Notes: generated from the letters alone by a model not told the origin. Shown: positions 46,369 through 56,795, counted from the stretch's first letter. The stretch: 64,000 nt of DNA from an uncultured Gammaproteobacteria bacterium (GCA_964540825.1 CAZINT010000001.1:284565-348564), one strand, 5' to 3'. Program-made: numbers and translations.

Positions 46369-48183
46369 TTAGCGTTTTAAGACTGCGAGGTAGGCTTCGG
46401 TTGGAATTTCAACCTTGCCGTGCGATAACATGCGTTTTTTGCCCTTCTTTTGTTTTTGAAGCAGTTTCATTTTGCGGGTATAGTCGCCGCCGCTCATTTT
46501 GGCGAGCACATCTTTGCGCAGAGCCGACAAACGTTCCGAGGCAATAACTTTGCCGCCAATTGCCGCTTGAATTTTGAGCTCAAACTGTTGGCGCGGGAGC
46601 GATTCTTTCAAAGACTCGGTAATTTTTTTGCCGACAGCGTAGGCCTGATCGCGCCAAACAAGTGTTGATAAGGCTTCTACTTGGTCGTCACCGACGAGTA
46701 CGTCGAGTTTAACCACTTCGGTTGGCTCGTAATTTTTGAATTCATAGTTCATCGAAGCGTATCCCGAGGTAACTGTTTTTAGTTTATCATAAAAATCTGT
46801 AATGAGCGACGCAAGGGGAATGCGGTAATGAATAAGTGCGCGCTGATCGCTTCCCGCGCTCAGGTAGTCGGTTGTCAGGTATTCACCTTTGCGTTCAGCA
46901 ACGAGTCCCATAACCCCGCCCACGTAGTCTTTAGGGGTAATGATATCGAGCGTCATAATTGGTTCTTCAACATGTTCGATGGTCTGACTATCTGGCATTT
47001 CTTGAGGACTTCGAATATAGTAACTTTCACCATTGGTTTTGGTAATATGATACGCTACGCTCGGAACAGTAATAATAATTTCAAGATCATATTCACGTTT
47101 GAGTCGCTCTTGAAAAATATCAAGGTGCAGCATGCCGAGGAATCCACAGCGAAAACCAAATCCCAATGCTTGAGAATGCTCAGGTTCGTAAATCAGGGAT
47201 GAGTCGCTGAGTTTAAGGCGGTCAATCGCGTCACGAAGTTCCTGGTACCCGTCGCCTTCGCGCGGGAAGACACCGGCAAAAACCATTGGCTTTACTTCTT
47301 TATACCCCGGAAGCGGTTCTTTCGCCGCTCCGCTCGTTTTATCGCTATTAAGGAGGGTGATTGTGTCGCCCACGCGGCAGTCGCGCACTTCTTTGAGGCC
47401 GGTAACGATATAGCCAATTTGACTGTTAGATAATTCGTCCGAAGGCGTAAATTTTGGCGAGTAGTGACCCAGCTCTAAAACCTCGGCTGGGGAACGAGTG
47501 GTCATGAGAAAAATTTTTTGTCCTTTTTTGAAACTGCCGTCTACGATGCGTACTGATGCCACAACTCCTTTATATTCATTAAAGGCTGAATCAAAAATAA
47601 GCGCGCGCGCCGGATTGTTTGAACGGTCGGGTGGGGCTGGAACCCGCTCGACAATTGCTTTTAAAATTTCCGGCACGCCTTGGCCGGTTTTGCCGGAAGC
47701 TAAAATAATTTCGCTCGGATCGCAGCCGATCAGATGGACGATTTCGGCCGTGGTCTTTTCAACATTCGCGATCGGCATGTCGATTTTGTTGATAACAGGA
47801 ATGATTTTTAGGTTTTGTTCGAGTGCTAGATACAAATTACCAATCGTTTGCGCTTGCACACCCTGCGTTGCGTCAACGAGGAGAATCGCGCCTTCAACAG
47901 CGGCCAGCGAGCGCGAAACTTCGTAGGTAAAGTCAACGTGCCCGGGGGTATCAATCAAATTTAGTTCATAGTTTGTACCATCTTGCGTGTAGCCCATTTT
48001 GACGGGGGTGAGTTTGATGGTGATGCCACGTTCACGTTCGAGCTCCATAGAGTCAAGGAGCTGGTTTTTCATGTCGCGCTTCGAGACAGTTCCGGTCAAT
48101 TCTAAAAATCGATCAGCCAGCGTTGATTTGCCGTGATCGATATGAGCAATAATACAGAAATTGCGAATGTGATGTGTTCCCAT
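46369..48183 (-). CDS. lepA: Elongation factor 4 (LepA)
   Basis: IRNFCIIAHIDHGKSTL, DTPGHVDF and the LepA C-terminal domain. Confidence 0.96.
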   Translation of the reverse strand: MGTHHIRNFCIIAHIDHGKSTLADRFLELTGTVSKRDMKNQLLDSMELERERGITIKLTPVKMGYTQDGTNYELNLIDTPGHVDFTYEVSRSLAAVEGAILLVDATQGVQAQTIGNLYLALEQNLKIIPVINKIDMPIANVEKTTAEIVHLIGCDPSEIILASGKTGQGVPEILKAIVERVPAPPDRSNNPARALIFDSAFNEYKGVVASVRIVDGSFKKGQKIFLMTTRSPAEVLELGHYSPKFTPSDELSNSQIGYIVTGLKEVRDCRVGDTITLLNSDKTSGAAKEPLPGYKEVKPMVFAGVFPREGDGYQELRDAIDRLKLSDSSLIYEPEHSQALGFGFRCGFLGMLHLDIFQERLKREYDLEIIITVPSVAYHITKTNGESYYIRSPQEMPDSQTIEHVEEPIMTLDIITPKDYVGGVMGLVAERKGEYLTTDYLSAGSDQRALIHYRIPLASLITDFYDKLKTVTSGYASMNYEFKNYEPTEVVKLDVLVGDDQVEALSTLVWRDQAYAVGKKITESLKESLPRQQFELKIQAAIGGKVIASERLSALRKDVLAKMSGGDYTRKMKLLQKQKKGKKRMLSHGKVEIPTEAYLAVLKR

Positions 48184-48188
48184 ATATT

Positions 48189-49799
48189 TTACAGTTCAGC
48201 CATTCCTTCTTTAAGGGGGCGCAGCTTAAGCCAGCGCTTTTTAAGACTGCCGGTCAAAAGCCTCATTTCATCGACTTGCAGCAGGTAGCAAATAGCGAAG
48301 TATACGAGCAGGCCTACTGTACCAGAAGCAACGCCATGAATCAATATACCCCAAAAACGGGTCATGTTGACGAGGTCGGCAAGGGGGGTTTTGAGGTACT
48401 GAATAACGAGGGCCATGGGGATCCCGGCCAGAGCCAGTTTAAAAACTAAATGCGTTATTTTTTCGCCTTCAAGGGGGATCATTTTGGCCCGTAAAAAACC
48501 AACTAAGAGAATGAGGTTTAGGGTTGCTCCAATGGAAGTAGCAAGAGCCAGACCAGATACACCGAGCGGCCGCATAAGCAGAAGGGCTGAAATGATGCTG
48601 ATAAGTTCGCTGATAACGCCAATCGCAAAAGGAGTGCGGGTATCGCTGAGGGCGTAAAAACCGCGTACTACGAGCGGGATGAGGCACTGCGCAAATAACC
48701 CGAAAGCAAAGAATGCCAGGGCGTTGGCAGTTGTTACCGTTGCCGTCCAGCTAAATTCGCCGCTGCCAAGAATGGTGCGAACGATCTGGGCGCGCAGCAG
48801 CAAAATGACAATTGAAGCCGGCACAATCAGAAACAGAATTTGCCGGGCGGTAAGAGAAATATTTTTGCTAAATTCGGCTTGGTTGTTTTCCGCTACGGCG
48901 GCTGAAAGCACGGGGAACACAGCCAGCGCAAAGGGAATGCCGATAAGTCCGGTTGCAACACCTTGTAAATTATTGGCATAGTTATACGCAGCCACGCTAC
49001 CGATGGGCAAAAGAGATGCCAGAATAGTGACGACAACGGTATTAAATTGAGTTATCGCCAGCCCAAGGGTGCGTGGAATCATGAGGCGGCCCACGAGCCG
49101 TGTATTGCTCTCTTTGAGGTTAAAAATTTTTTGCCATCGATACCCAGCATGCCAAGCGCCGAGCGTTTGCATAACGCAGTGCATGCTTGCGCCAAGTACG
49201 ACGCCCCAGGCTAACCCCGAGATGCCGAGGATGGGAACAAGAAGTGTTGCTCCGATAATAATTCCCAGATTATAAAATACCGGTGCAAATGAGTAGAGTA
49301 AAAAATGTTTGAGCGACTGGAGTATGCCGCCCATGACCATTGAAATCCCCAGAAAAACCGGCGATAAAAATAAAATACGGGTAAAGGTGATAACCATCGC
49401 TTGGTTTTGAGGGGTAAAACCGGGCGCAATGAGTTTGGCTATCCAAGGGGAAGCAATCATGCCAATTCCGGAGACTGTCACGAGGGCGATGCCTATAATG
49501 TTAAGGATATTGTTGGCGAGTCGCCAGGCCGCAGGTTTCCCGTTTTCATGATTAAATAATTTGGTAAATGTGGGTATGAAGCCCGCAGTAAGGGCGCCGA
49601 CAATGAGGAGGTTATAAATAAGATCGGGAATTTTGAAGGCTGCGTAATAAGCGTCGATGACCGGTCCGCCGCCATAATAATGCGCGAGTATATGATCTCG
49701 CGCGATGCCAACAGCACGGCTGAGTAGCGTTGCAAGTGAAATAATAACCGCCGCACCGGTAATGGACTTCGAAGGGGTAACAAGGAATTTAGGAAGCAC
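48189..49799 (-). CDS. murJ: Lipid II flippase MurJ (MviN)
   Basis: 536-aa polytopic protein with the MurJ/MOP signature start (SRAVGIARDHILAHYYG...). Confidence 0.85.
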   Translation of the reverse strand: MLPKFLVTPSKSITGAAVIISLATLLSRAVGIARDHILAHYYGGGPVIDAYYAAFKIPDLIYNLLIVGALTAGFIPTFTKLFNHENGKPAAWRLANNILNIIGIALVTVSGIGMIASPWIAKLIAPGFTPQNQAMVITFTRILFLSPVFLGISMVMGGILQSLKHFLLYSFAPVFYNLGIIIGATLLVPILGISGLAWGVVLGASMHCVMQTLGAWHAGYRWQKIFNLKESNTRLVGRLMIPRTLGLAITQFNTVVVTILASLLPIGSVAAYNYANNLQGVATGLIGIPFALAVFPVLSAAVAENNQAEFSKNISLTARQILFLIVPASIVILLLRAQIVRTILGSGEFSWTATVTTANALAFFAFGLFAQCLIPLVVRGFYALSDTRTPFAIGVISELISIISALLLMRPLGVSGLALATSIGATLNLILLVGFLRAKMIPLEGEKITHLVFKLALAGIPMALVIQYLKTPLADLVNMTRFWGILIHGVASGTVGLLVYFAICYLLQVDEMRLLTGSLKKRWLKLRPLKEGMAEL

Positions 49800-49808
49800 A
49801 AGAGAAAA

Positions 49809-50492
49809 TTAAGGTGTTGGTAGGTTAACGGTTAAAAGCGCGTAATCAGTACCGGGTCTAACAGTTTCGTCGCCCTGCGCTTCAAGGCTGCCGGTAGTGC
49901 CGTCCGGCCCGCTGAATACAATTTGAAGCGATGTTTTACCCTTTGTTTCTTCGTCAATTGTATACCTTTGTCTCAGCAGCTGATTTTTGTAGTATGAAAT
50001 GACGAAACTTGGTTCCGCATCCATGTTTTGCCATTCGATCTGAACCGTATCGTGCGCATCGCTGACCGGAGTTGTAAGAAGTTGCCACATTTTACTAGCC
50101 ACCGCTGTGTTGTTGTCATTGGTAGCGTCTTCTGTATCCATGGCGAGGAAAATGGGGGAGAGAATAAGTTTGGGAAAGAGGGCGGCAATTTCTACCCCGC
50201 GGCTTTTATACTTTCCGGAAATAAAAGTGATGCGTTCAATAGCGTCTTTATCGTACACAGGGATGGCGGCCGGGAAATTAGCGGGAACAGCAGCCAGTTT
50301 TTCTGGGCCCTTGCCGGCTGCAAAGCGAAGCGCGATAACGCCGCCAACCAGGAAAATGAGAACAGATAAACAGCCAAACAAGCAGCCCCGTTTAAAGCCG
50401 CCGCCACGTTTGGTGAGTTCGCCAATTGGCGGGTCAACAATTTCAACGTTTTTTATTAAATCATCCCGCATAGATACTCCTGAGTATACCAA
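49809..50492 (-). CDS. Membrane-anchored hypothetical protein
   Basis: N-terminal cytoplasmic segment, one TM (CLFGCLSVLIFLVGGVIAL) and a soluble domain of about 170 aa; co-directional with murJ. Confidence 0.45.
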   Translation of the reverse strand: MVYSGVSMRDDLIKNVEIVDPPIGELTKRGGGFKRGCLFGCLSVLIFLVGGVIALRFAAGKGPEKLAAVPANFPAAIPVYDKDAIERITFISGKYKSRGVEIAALFPKLILSPIFLAMDTEDATNDNNTAVASKMWQLLTTPVSDAHDTVQIEWQNMDAEPSFVISYYKNQLLRQRYTIDEETKGKTSLQIVFSGPDGTTGSLEAQGDETVRPGTDYALLTVNLPTP

Positions 50493-50563
50493 AGTTTTTT
50501 TTTATTGCCAATTATGCTATTCTAACCATACACGTCTCTTTCTACGTCATTTTTGTAGTAACT

Positions 50564-51784
50564 ATGGCAGAAAAATACCCAGGACCCTACGGCGAACGGC
50601 CTGAGGGAGCAATACCGCAACGCGTGGACGACCCACAACTTTCCGACCGCGTGCTTTTGGCGCGTCAGCTTCCGGATGTCAAAAATGAAGTCTCGCAGGA
50701 ATTCGATATGGCGGATTCTTTGGAAGAGCAAGAAGCTTTTCTTAAAAAGAAGATGCTGGTCTGTTCTGAACTGCACCAGCTTTTAGAGCGATTTAATCGC
50801 AGCGATGTCAATAAGCAGCTTAATAAAGAACGAACTGCCTTAAAGCGGCTCAGAGGCCGCCAGGCGCGGGTTGGAATGGTTGAGCGGCCGCTGCTCCTGG
50901 CTTGTTATGAAGATCTGAATAATTTGCTTGAAATATTTTCTCCGCTGCGTTTTTCAAAAAATATACAAGTGTTAGAGTTTATGGATCGAGTGATCGATGG
51001 TATCCCTGTCCTTGCTCAGGAGGTGAATGAACTTATTGCGCGTGTCCGGCCGCTGACTGACCCTGCTATGGTCAGCGGAATTATTGAACAGCCCCAATTA
51101 AATACAGATACGCCTGCATCAGGCGCAGTGTTAGGAAAACCGCCGAGCGTCATAACGGCCGTTGATCAGGAGCGAGCGGTTTTTGAAGACAATATGCCCA
51201 CCGTAGAATTTGAAATACCCGAAACGAAACCTCAGCCGCGTCCTTCGCAATCATGGTGGAAAAGGTCGTCGATTCATGCGCTGGCTGTGGCGGCCGGTTT
51301 AGCTGCGGGATCGCCCGAATCTACCAGACAGGCGATCGACGGGGTGATCCGTAAGCCGCAGCAACATAGTGAACTTCGGCTTCCTCAGGAGCGTGATAAG
51401 CAATCCAGCGAAGTGGCGCCTGCCTATGAAAAGTTTCGAGAACTTGGAGCAGCTATGGAAGCTAACTCGCTTCGCCTTAGTGCACCACGACTCGATCGTT
51501 CACTCTACTGGGTTTTTTTGGAAGCCGGGAAAGATCAGAATATAACGCATCGTGCCTGGAAAGATAACGCCGAAGTCGAGGATCAGTCCCGCTGGGCAGC
51601 TAAATGGGCGGCGCAATTACTTGAAAATGGACGTGTTAATAAAAAGTTTATTAAGCAAGGCACTATCAATGCGGACGCAATTCGGGCCATTAGTTCATAC
51701 GAGGGTGGCGTTCTGACCATTCGGGATACTGCCGGCTTTTATGAGCGGTTAGTAAAGCCCTTATTAGATTTTAAACGTGATTAA
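50564..51784 (+). CDS. Hypothetical protein (406 aa), no recognisable domains
   Basis: Long uninterrupted ORF with moderately elevated GC (about 52%); divergent from the 49809 gene. Confidence 0.45.
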   Translation: MAEKYPGPYGERPEGAIPQRVDDPQLSDRVLLARQLPDVKNEVSQEFDMADSLEEQEAFLKKKMLVCSELHQLLERFNRSDVNKQLNKERTALKRLRGRQARVGMVERPLLLACYEDLNNLLEIFSPLRFSKNIQVLEFMDRVIDGIPVLAQEVNELIARVRPLTDPAMVSGIIEQPQLNTDTPASGAVLGKPPSVITAVDQERAVFEDNMPTVEFEIPETKPQPRPSQSWWKRSSIHALAVAAGLAAGSPESTRQAIDGVIRKPQQHSELRLPQERDKQSSEVAPAYEKFRELGAAMEANSLRLSAPRLDRSLYWVFLEAGKDQNITHRAWKDNAEVEDQSRWAAKWAAQLLENGRVNKKFIKQGTINADAIRAISSYEGGVLTIRDTAGFYERLVKPLLDFKRD

Positions 51785-51792
51785 TATATTTT

Positions 51793-53163
51793 ATGCAAGT
51801 TACTTTTCTTGGAGCGGCTGGTGAAGTTACCGGATCATGCAGTTTGGTTGAAGCGGCAGGACAAAAAATACTTATTGATTGCGGGATGTTTCAAGGCGGT
51901 GATTTCAATGAAGCGAAAAATCACGACCCACTGCCGTTTGACCCCAAAGAGCTTTCGGCCGTGCTGATTACGCATGCGCACCTTGACCATATCGGGCGCC
52001 TGCCCCTACTCATTAAAGGCGGTTTTACGCATCATATTTATGCTACCGCGCCCACCTGCGAATTAATCGAGCTTATATTAACTGATGCGTATCAGGTAAT
52101 GGAATATAATTTTCGTAAACTGGGTATGCCGCTTCTCTATAATGAAACCGATATTGCCGGTGTCATGGAGCGCGTTAAGCCGATTACATACCACGAGCCG
52201 CTGAGCTTGGCTAAAATCGGGTCAGCGGAAGAAATTATTGCCACCTGGTACGATTCAGGACATATTTTTGGGGCCGGTTTTATTCAGCTGGAAACCGAAG
52301 GCAAAAAAGTTGTTTTCACAGGCGACGTCGGTAATGCGAATATGCCGATCTTGCGCGAGACTGAACCCTTGCCCGAAAATTTAGATTTACTTGTGTGTGA
52401 ATCGACGTATGGAAACCGATCGCACGAAATGCCAGCGGTGCGTCAAAAGTTAATTGAGACAATGGTGTCCGAAGCTATTGCTCGCGGCGGCGTACTCATG
52501 ATTCCATCGTTTTCACTCGAGCGCACCCAAGAATTAATTTACGATTTGAACGATTTGGTTGATCGCCAACATGACTTGCCGCGCGTGCCGATTTTTTTAG
52601 ATAGTCCTTTGGCAATCGGAGCCTTGCGCGTGTATCGCAGATACCCTGAGTATTATGATGAAAAGGCCAAAGCACTGTACCAAGCAGGGGATGATCTTTT
52701 TCAATTTCCTGGCCTTACCATGTGCGAGACACGCGAAGAATCTAAAAAAATTAACAATACGCCCGGCCCGAAAATTATTATCGCGGGCGCGGGTATGATG
52801 AATGGCGGGCGAATTGTGCACCATGCACTTCGCTATTTATCCGATGAGCGTAATACGCTTTTAATTATCGGTTACCAAGCCGAAGGCACGCTGGGCAGGC
52901 AAATTTTGGATGGTGAGTCGCCGGTGCGCGTGATGAAAGAGCTTGTTGCTGTAAAGTGCCAGGTAAAAGCAATTGGCGCCCTGTCAGCCCATGCTGACCA
53001 AAATAAACTTACCAAATGGATTGCTGATCTGAAATATAAGCCTAAGCAAATTATGCTTAATCACGGCGAGGCACATACCTCGGCATCACTCGCTGAAAAA
53101 TTGCGCACTGAAGTTGGGGTAGAAGTGAGTGTTGCAAGTCCGCTTTTGACCATCGAGATTTAA
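51793..53163 (+). CDS. MBL-fold beta-CASP ribonuclease (RNA-metabolising metallo-beta-lactamase)
   Basis: HxHxDH motif (ITHAHLDHIG), beta-CASP motifs and the C-terminal RMMBL region (LSAHADQNKL). Confidence 0.75.
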   Translation: MQVTFLGAAGEVTGSCSLVEAAGQKILIDCGMFQGGDFNEAKNHDPLPFDPKELSAVLITHAHLDHIGRLPLLIKGGFTHHIYATAPTCELIELILTDAYQVMEYNFRKLGMPLLYNETDIAGVMERVKPITYHEPLSLAKIGSAEEIIATWYDSGHIFGAGFIQLETEGKKVVFTGDVGNANMPILRETEPLPENLDLLVCESTYGNRSHEMPAVRQKLIETMVSEAIARGGVLMIPSFSLERTQELIYDLNDLVDRQHDLPRVPIFLDSPLAIGALRVYRRYPEYYDEKAKALYQAGDDLFQFPGLTMCETREESKKINNTPGPKIIIAGAGMMNGGRIVHHALRYLSDERNTLLIIGYQAEGTLGRQILDGESPVRVMKELVAVKCQVKAIGALSAHADQNKLTKWIADLKYKPKQIMLNHGEAHTSASLAEKLRTEVGVEVSVASPLLTIEI

Positions 53164-53183
53164 AAAAAGTACTTATCCACAAG

Positions 53184-53219
53184 AATCCCACACTTAAAAG
53201 CTAGTGTGGGATTTTTTGT
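53184..53219 (+). terminator. Rho-independent terminator (AATCCCACAC-loop-GTGTGGGATT followed by TTTTT)
   Basis: 10-bp stem plus T-tract after the beta-CASP gene. Confidence 0.8.
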
Positions 53220-53264
53220 TATATCTTAGCCAAAAAAATACCAAAATCATTTTGGGTTGAAGTG

Positions 53265-53293
53265 TTGACTGGTGCACTACAGTGGTGTAAAAT
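53265..53293 (+). promoter_or_regulatory. Sigma-70-like promoter of the mraZ operon: TTGACT (53265-53270), 17-nt spacer, TAAAAT (53288-53293)
   Basis: Hexamers and spacing read directly. Confidence 0.5.
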
Positions 53294-53370
53294 GGAAGCA
53301 CGTGGGGAAAAGTGGTGAAAATTTTGAGACAATGCTTGTCTTTCAGAACTTCACCCTACTTACAAAAACT

Positions 53371-53802
53371 ATGTTTATCGGCGAATACTCCCACTCACTT
53401 GACGACAAGGGCCGCATCGCGATCCCGATTAAGTTTCGAAACGAACTTAAAAAGGGTGGCGTGGTAACCCGCGGGCTCGATAACTGTTTATTTTTCTATA
53501 CCAAAACGGAATGGGAAAAATTAGCAGAAAAATTATCGGCCTTGCCAATCTCGCAATCAAACAGTCGTGCCTTTGCACGCCTGATGCTGGCGGGTGCCAT
53601 GGACGTCGAAGTCGATAAGCAGGGTCGCATCATTATCCCTGAATACCTGCGCCAATTTGCCGGGTTCAAAAAAGATGTGGTCATTGCCGGGCTTTATAGC
53701 CGGCTCGAACTCTGGGACGCCGAAAAATGGGCAGCCTATAAACTACAAACCGAAAGTGAAAGCAGTGTTATCGCGGAGCGAATGGGGGAGCTTGGCGTGT
53801 AA
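53371..53802 (+). CDS. mraZ: Transcriptional regulator MraZ
   Basis: MFIGEYSHSLDDKGRIAIPIKFR and a duplicated MraZ domain (second DxxGR: VDKQGRIIIPEYLR). Confidence 0.88.
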   Translation: MFIGEYSHSLDDKGRIAIPIKFRNELKKGGVVTRGLDNCLFFYTKTEWEKLAEKLSALPISQSNSRAFARLMLAGAMDVEVDKQGRIIIPEYLRQFAGFKKDVVIAGLYSRLELWDAEKWAAYKLQTESESSVIAERMGELGV

Positions 53803-53829
53803 GCAAGAATTAGTCATTAGCACACGCAT

Positions 53830-54744
53830 ATGGATAGACATGTACCGGTACTCCTTACAGAAGTCATTGACACGCTCAACTTACAAAAAGGTTTGCACGT
53901 CGTTGACTGCACGCTTGGCGACGCAGGGCACAGCGAAAAGATCCTTGAAAAAATTGGTCCGAACGGAAAATTGCTTGGTATCGATGCTGATACTGAATCG
54001 CTCCTTAGGGCTAAATTAAATCTGTACCGTTTTGAAAACCAAGTAACGTTTGTTCATGGAAATTTTGCTGATTTGCAAAAAATCCTGAATGAAAAAGAGT
54101 TCGCACCGGTCGACCGGATACTCATGGACTTGGGCTGGTCAACACCGCAATTTGCCGAGCGAGGGCGGGGATTCAGTTTTGAAAAGAGTGAGCCGTTAGA
54201 CATGCGGTATGGCACGAAGTTTGAAAGTGACTATACGACTGCAGCTGACATTGTGAATACCGCCGATGAAGAAGAGCTGGTCAAAATTTTTAAGCGGTAC
54301 GGTGAAGAAGATTTGAGTAAAGAAATTGCAGAAGCAATTGTAGGGCAGCGAAAAGTGGCGCCGATTGAAAAGACCAATGAGTTGGTAGAAATTATTCTAA
54401 AAGTCTACCGCACTAAATTAAAAAGCACCAAAGAAATTCCGTGGATTGGAGGTCTGCACCCGGCTACTAAAGTTTTTCAAGCGCTCCGGATCGCTGTTAA
54501 TCACGAGCTTGAGGTACTCGAACAAGCATTGCCTCAAGCAGTGGTCGCACTCAGGGGTGGAGGAAGACTGGCAGTTATTTCCTTTCATTCGCTTGAAGAC
54601 AGAATCGTCAAACATTTTTTCCAAAGTTTACCAGCCAAAGAATTCAAAATTATTACTAAAAAACCACTTATGGCTTCGGACGAAGAGGTCGCTAAAAATG
54701 CGCCATCTCGAAGCGCTAAACTCAGGGTTATTGAAAAAGTTTAA
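53830..54744 (+). CDS. rsmH: 16S rRNA (cytosine1402-N4)-methyltransferase RsmH (MraW)
   Basis: HVPVLLTEVIDTL, DCTLGDAGHS, MDLGWSTPQF. Confidence 0.92.
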   Translation: MDRHVPVLLTEVIDTLNLQKGLHVVDCTLGDAGHSEKILEKIGPNGKLLGIDADTESLLRAKLNLYRFENQVTFVHGNFADLQKILNEKEFAPVDRILMDLGWSTPQFAERGRGFSFEKSEPLDMRYGTKFESDYTTAADIVNTADEEELVKIFKRYGEEDLSKEIAEAIVGQRKVAPIEKTNELVEIILKVYRTKLKSTKEIPWIGGLHPATKVFQALRIAVNHELEVLEQALPQAVVALRGGGRLAVISFHSLEDRIVKHFFQSLPAKEFKIITKKPLMASDEEVAKNAPSRSAKLRVIEKV

Positions 54745-54792
54745 AGCTGCCCCAACTACCACTAGGAGGGAACAGGGAAAACGTTAGAAAAT

Positions 54793-55161
54793 ATGTCACT
54801 TAAACGACAGTTTATTGGCCAATATACCCAGGTACTACGTTTTTTTCAGGCGCTCGAGCTGCCCGGTTGGATGACTGGCACCCGAATGCGTATCGCCCTT
54901 TTGGCGATGCTAGTCGTGACCAGTATGGCCTATGTGCTTCGCACTGGGTCATCGGTTGCACTGGGCTATGAGATCAAAGGGTATGAAACGGCTATTGCTG
55001 AGTTGACTGCCGAGCAGCAAAAAATGGAAGTAGAAGTGGCAACGTATCGCTCCATGAACAGTGTGCAGGCGCGCTTAGCTGAATTAAAAATGGTCCCGGT
55101 CGCCCGTATTAATCGGGTAAATGGATCTCAAACAACAGATTTGGCTATTGCCAAAAAGTAA
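54793..55161 (+). CDS. ftsL: FtsL/DivIC-like cell-division protein, tentative
   Basis: Single TM plus a short coiled coil, located after rsmH. Confidence 0.45.
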   Translation: MSLKRQFIGQYTQVLRFFQALELPGWMTGTRMRIALLAMLVVTSMAYVLRTGSSVALGYEIKGYETAIAELTAEQQKMEVEVATYRSMNSVQARLAELKMVPVARINRVNGSQTTDLAIAKK

Positions 55162-55229
55162 GCTTTTGTTTTGAAAAATATTTTTTGTATGCTACTCTAA
55201 AAGCCATCTCACGTTGTTGAGATGGCTTT

Positions 55230-56297
55230 TTGGTAAGACATGGTTTTTGTATGTTGGTGTATTTTTTAGCTGCTGTCGTAATTTCAATTGTTGCCACCCT
55301 GGTTGTTCGTAAAGTAGCAGTGCTTTTAGAAATCGTAGACGTTCCGGATGGGGAGCGTAAACTACACGCTGTCCGGACACCGCTCCTTGGCGGTGTAGCA
55401 CTCTACGTTTCGTTTTGGTTGGTTGTACTCTATGTTGCGCGAGCGACAACACTTCTTACTCCGCATATCACGCCAGAGCAGCTTTGGGGCATCTTTTGGG
55501 CCACCACGCTTATTGTAGTCATGGGAATTTTAGACGACCGGCAGTCAGTGGCGCCCTGGATTCGCATGCTGGTTACGGCGCTCGCTGCGCTCATTGTTAT
55601 TGGCACTGGTATTGGCCTTGGCGAAGTTACTAACCCTTGGGGCGGAAGTATTAATCTTCAGGTGTGGAATGTCCAGGTGGGAACTTTTGGCGTTTTTAGT
55701 ATAGTGGCGAGCTTTGTCACTTTTTTGTGGCTCATGGGGATGATGTACACCACAAAAATTTTAGACGGGCTCGATGGGCTGTCTTCTGGAATTACGGGGG
55801 TAGGTTTTTTGATGATTTTTTTGCTGACGCATACTAAAAAGTTTTTTCAGCCCGATGTTGGACTTTTAGCACTCATCGCGCTGGGCGCGGTGCTGGGTTT
55901 TCTTATTTTTAATTTTCATCCTGCCTCAATTTTTTTGGGTGAAAGCGGCAGTCTCTTTATTGGTTTTATTTTAGGCATCCTGGCTATTATTTCCGGAGGT
56001 AAAATTGCCACAGCACTTCTCGTAATGGCTGTGCCGGCGCTTGATCTTTTGCGCGTCATTTATGTTCGGTTTAATCGTGAGCAGCCTGTTTTTAAAGGCG
56101 ATCGAGAACACCTGCATTTTCGCCTGCGGGACGCTGGGTTTAGCGAGCGAACGACGGTTGTGTTTATGTATGTAGTGGCGTTTCTCTTTGGACTAACTAC
56201 GCTAACGCTTCAAAGCCGCGTTAAATTTGCGGCGCTTGGCCTCTTGGCCGCGGCCATGCTGCTCGTGGCTATATGGCTTAATAAAAAGAAAAAATAA
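55230..56297 (+). CDS. MraY/WecA-family polyprenyl-phosphate N-acetylhexosamine-1-phosphate transferase
   Basis: About 10 TMs, DD (ILDDRQS), DGLDGL and a WecA/TagO-like HLHFRL motif rather than the MraY HHH motif; sits at the dcw position after ftsL. Confidence 0.65.
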   Translation: MVRHGFCMLVYFLAAVVISIVATLVVRKVAVLLEIVDVPDGERKLHAVRTPLLGGVALYVSFWLVVLYVARATTLLTPHITPEQLWGIFWATTLIVVMGILDDRQSVAPWIRMLVTALAALIVIGTGIGLGEVTNPWGGSINLQVWNVQVGTFGVFSIVASFVTFLWLMGMMYTTKILDGLDGLSSGITGVGFLMIFLLTHTKKFFQPDVGLLALIALGAVLGFLIFNFHPASIFLGESGSLFIGFILGILAIISGGKIATALLVMAVPALDLLRVIYVRFNREQPVFKGDREHLHFRLRDAGFSERTTVVFMYVVAFLFGLTTLTLQSRVKFAALGLLAAAMLLVAIWLNKKKK

Positions 56298-56795
56298 GTG
56301 TATATGTTTGGAAAAAAACAAGCTGCAACAATGTCTTCACGCACGTTTAAGGTGTGGCACGCACTTTTTTTTGTGGCGATGATTGTGGTGGCGCTCGGTA
56401 TCTGGTTTGCGACTTTATATTGGCCTAAGGCAATTGTTCGGGTTGGCGGTCAAGATGTGAAAGTCCTCGTGGCGCATACCCCTGCACACTGGTTTAAGGG
56501 CCTGAGTGATCGTAAAAGTTTGGGTAAATACGGCGGTATGCTTTTTGTGTTTCCAGCCAGCGAGCAGCACCCCATGGTTATGCGAGATATGAAGTTTTCA
56601 CTTGATATTATTTGGATTCAAAATGGGTTAATTGTGGATATTGCCCCCAATTTAGCCCCGGATCCTTCACCAACCGAATCGGGGCTTGTAGTTTATGCAG
56701 CCCGCCTGCCGTCTGACAGTGTTCTTGAACTTCCGGCTGGTTTTGCTCAAGAGCATGGTCTCGCTGTGGGGGATAGCGTGGTTGTGGCTCGCTAG
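56298..56795 (+). CDS. DUF192 domain protein
   Basis: N-terminal TM plus a DUF192 core (MRDMKFSLDIIWI...VLELPAG). Confidence 0.65.
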   Translation: MYMFGKKQAATMSSRTFKVWHALFFVAMIVVALGIWFATLYWPKAIVRVGGQDVKVLVAHTPAHWFKGLSDRKSLGKYGGMLFVFPASEQHPMVMRDMKFSLDIIWIQNGLIVDIAPNLAPDPSPTESGLVVYAARLPSDSVLELPAGFAQEHGLAVGDSVVVAR

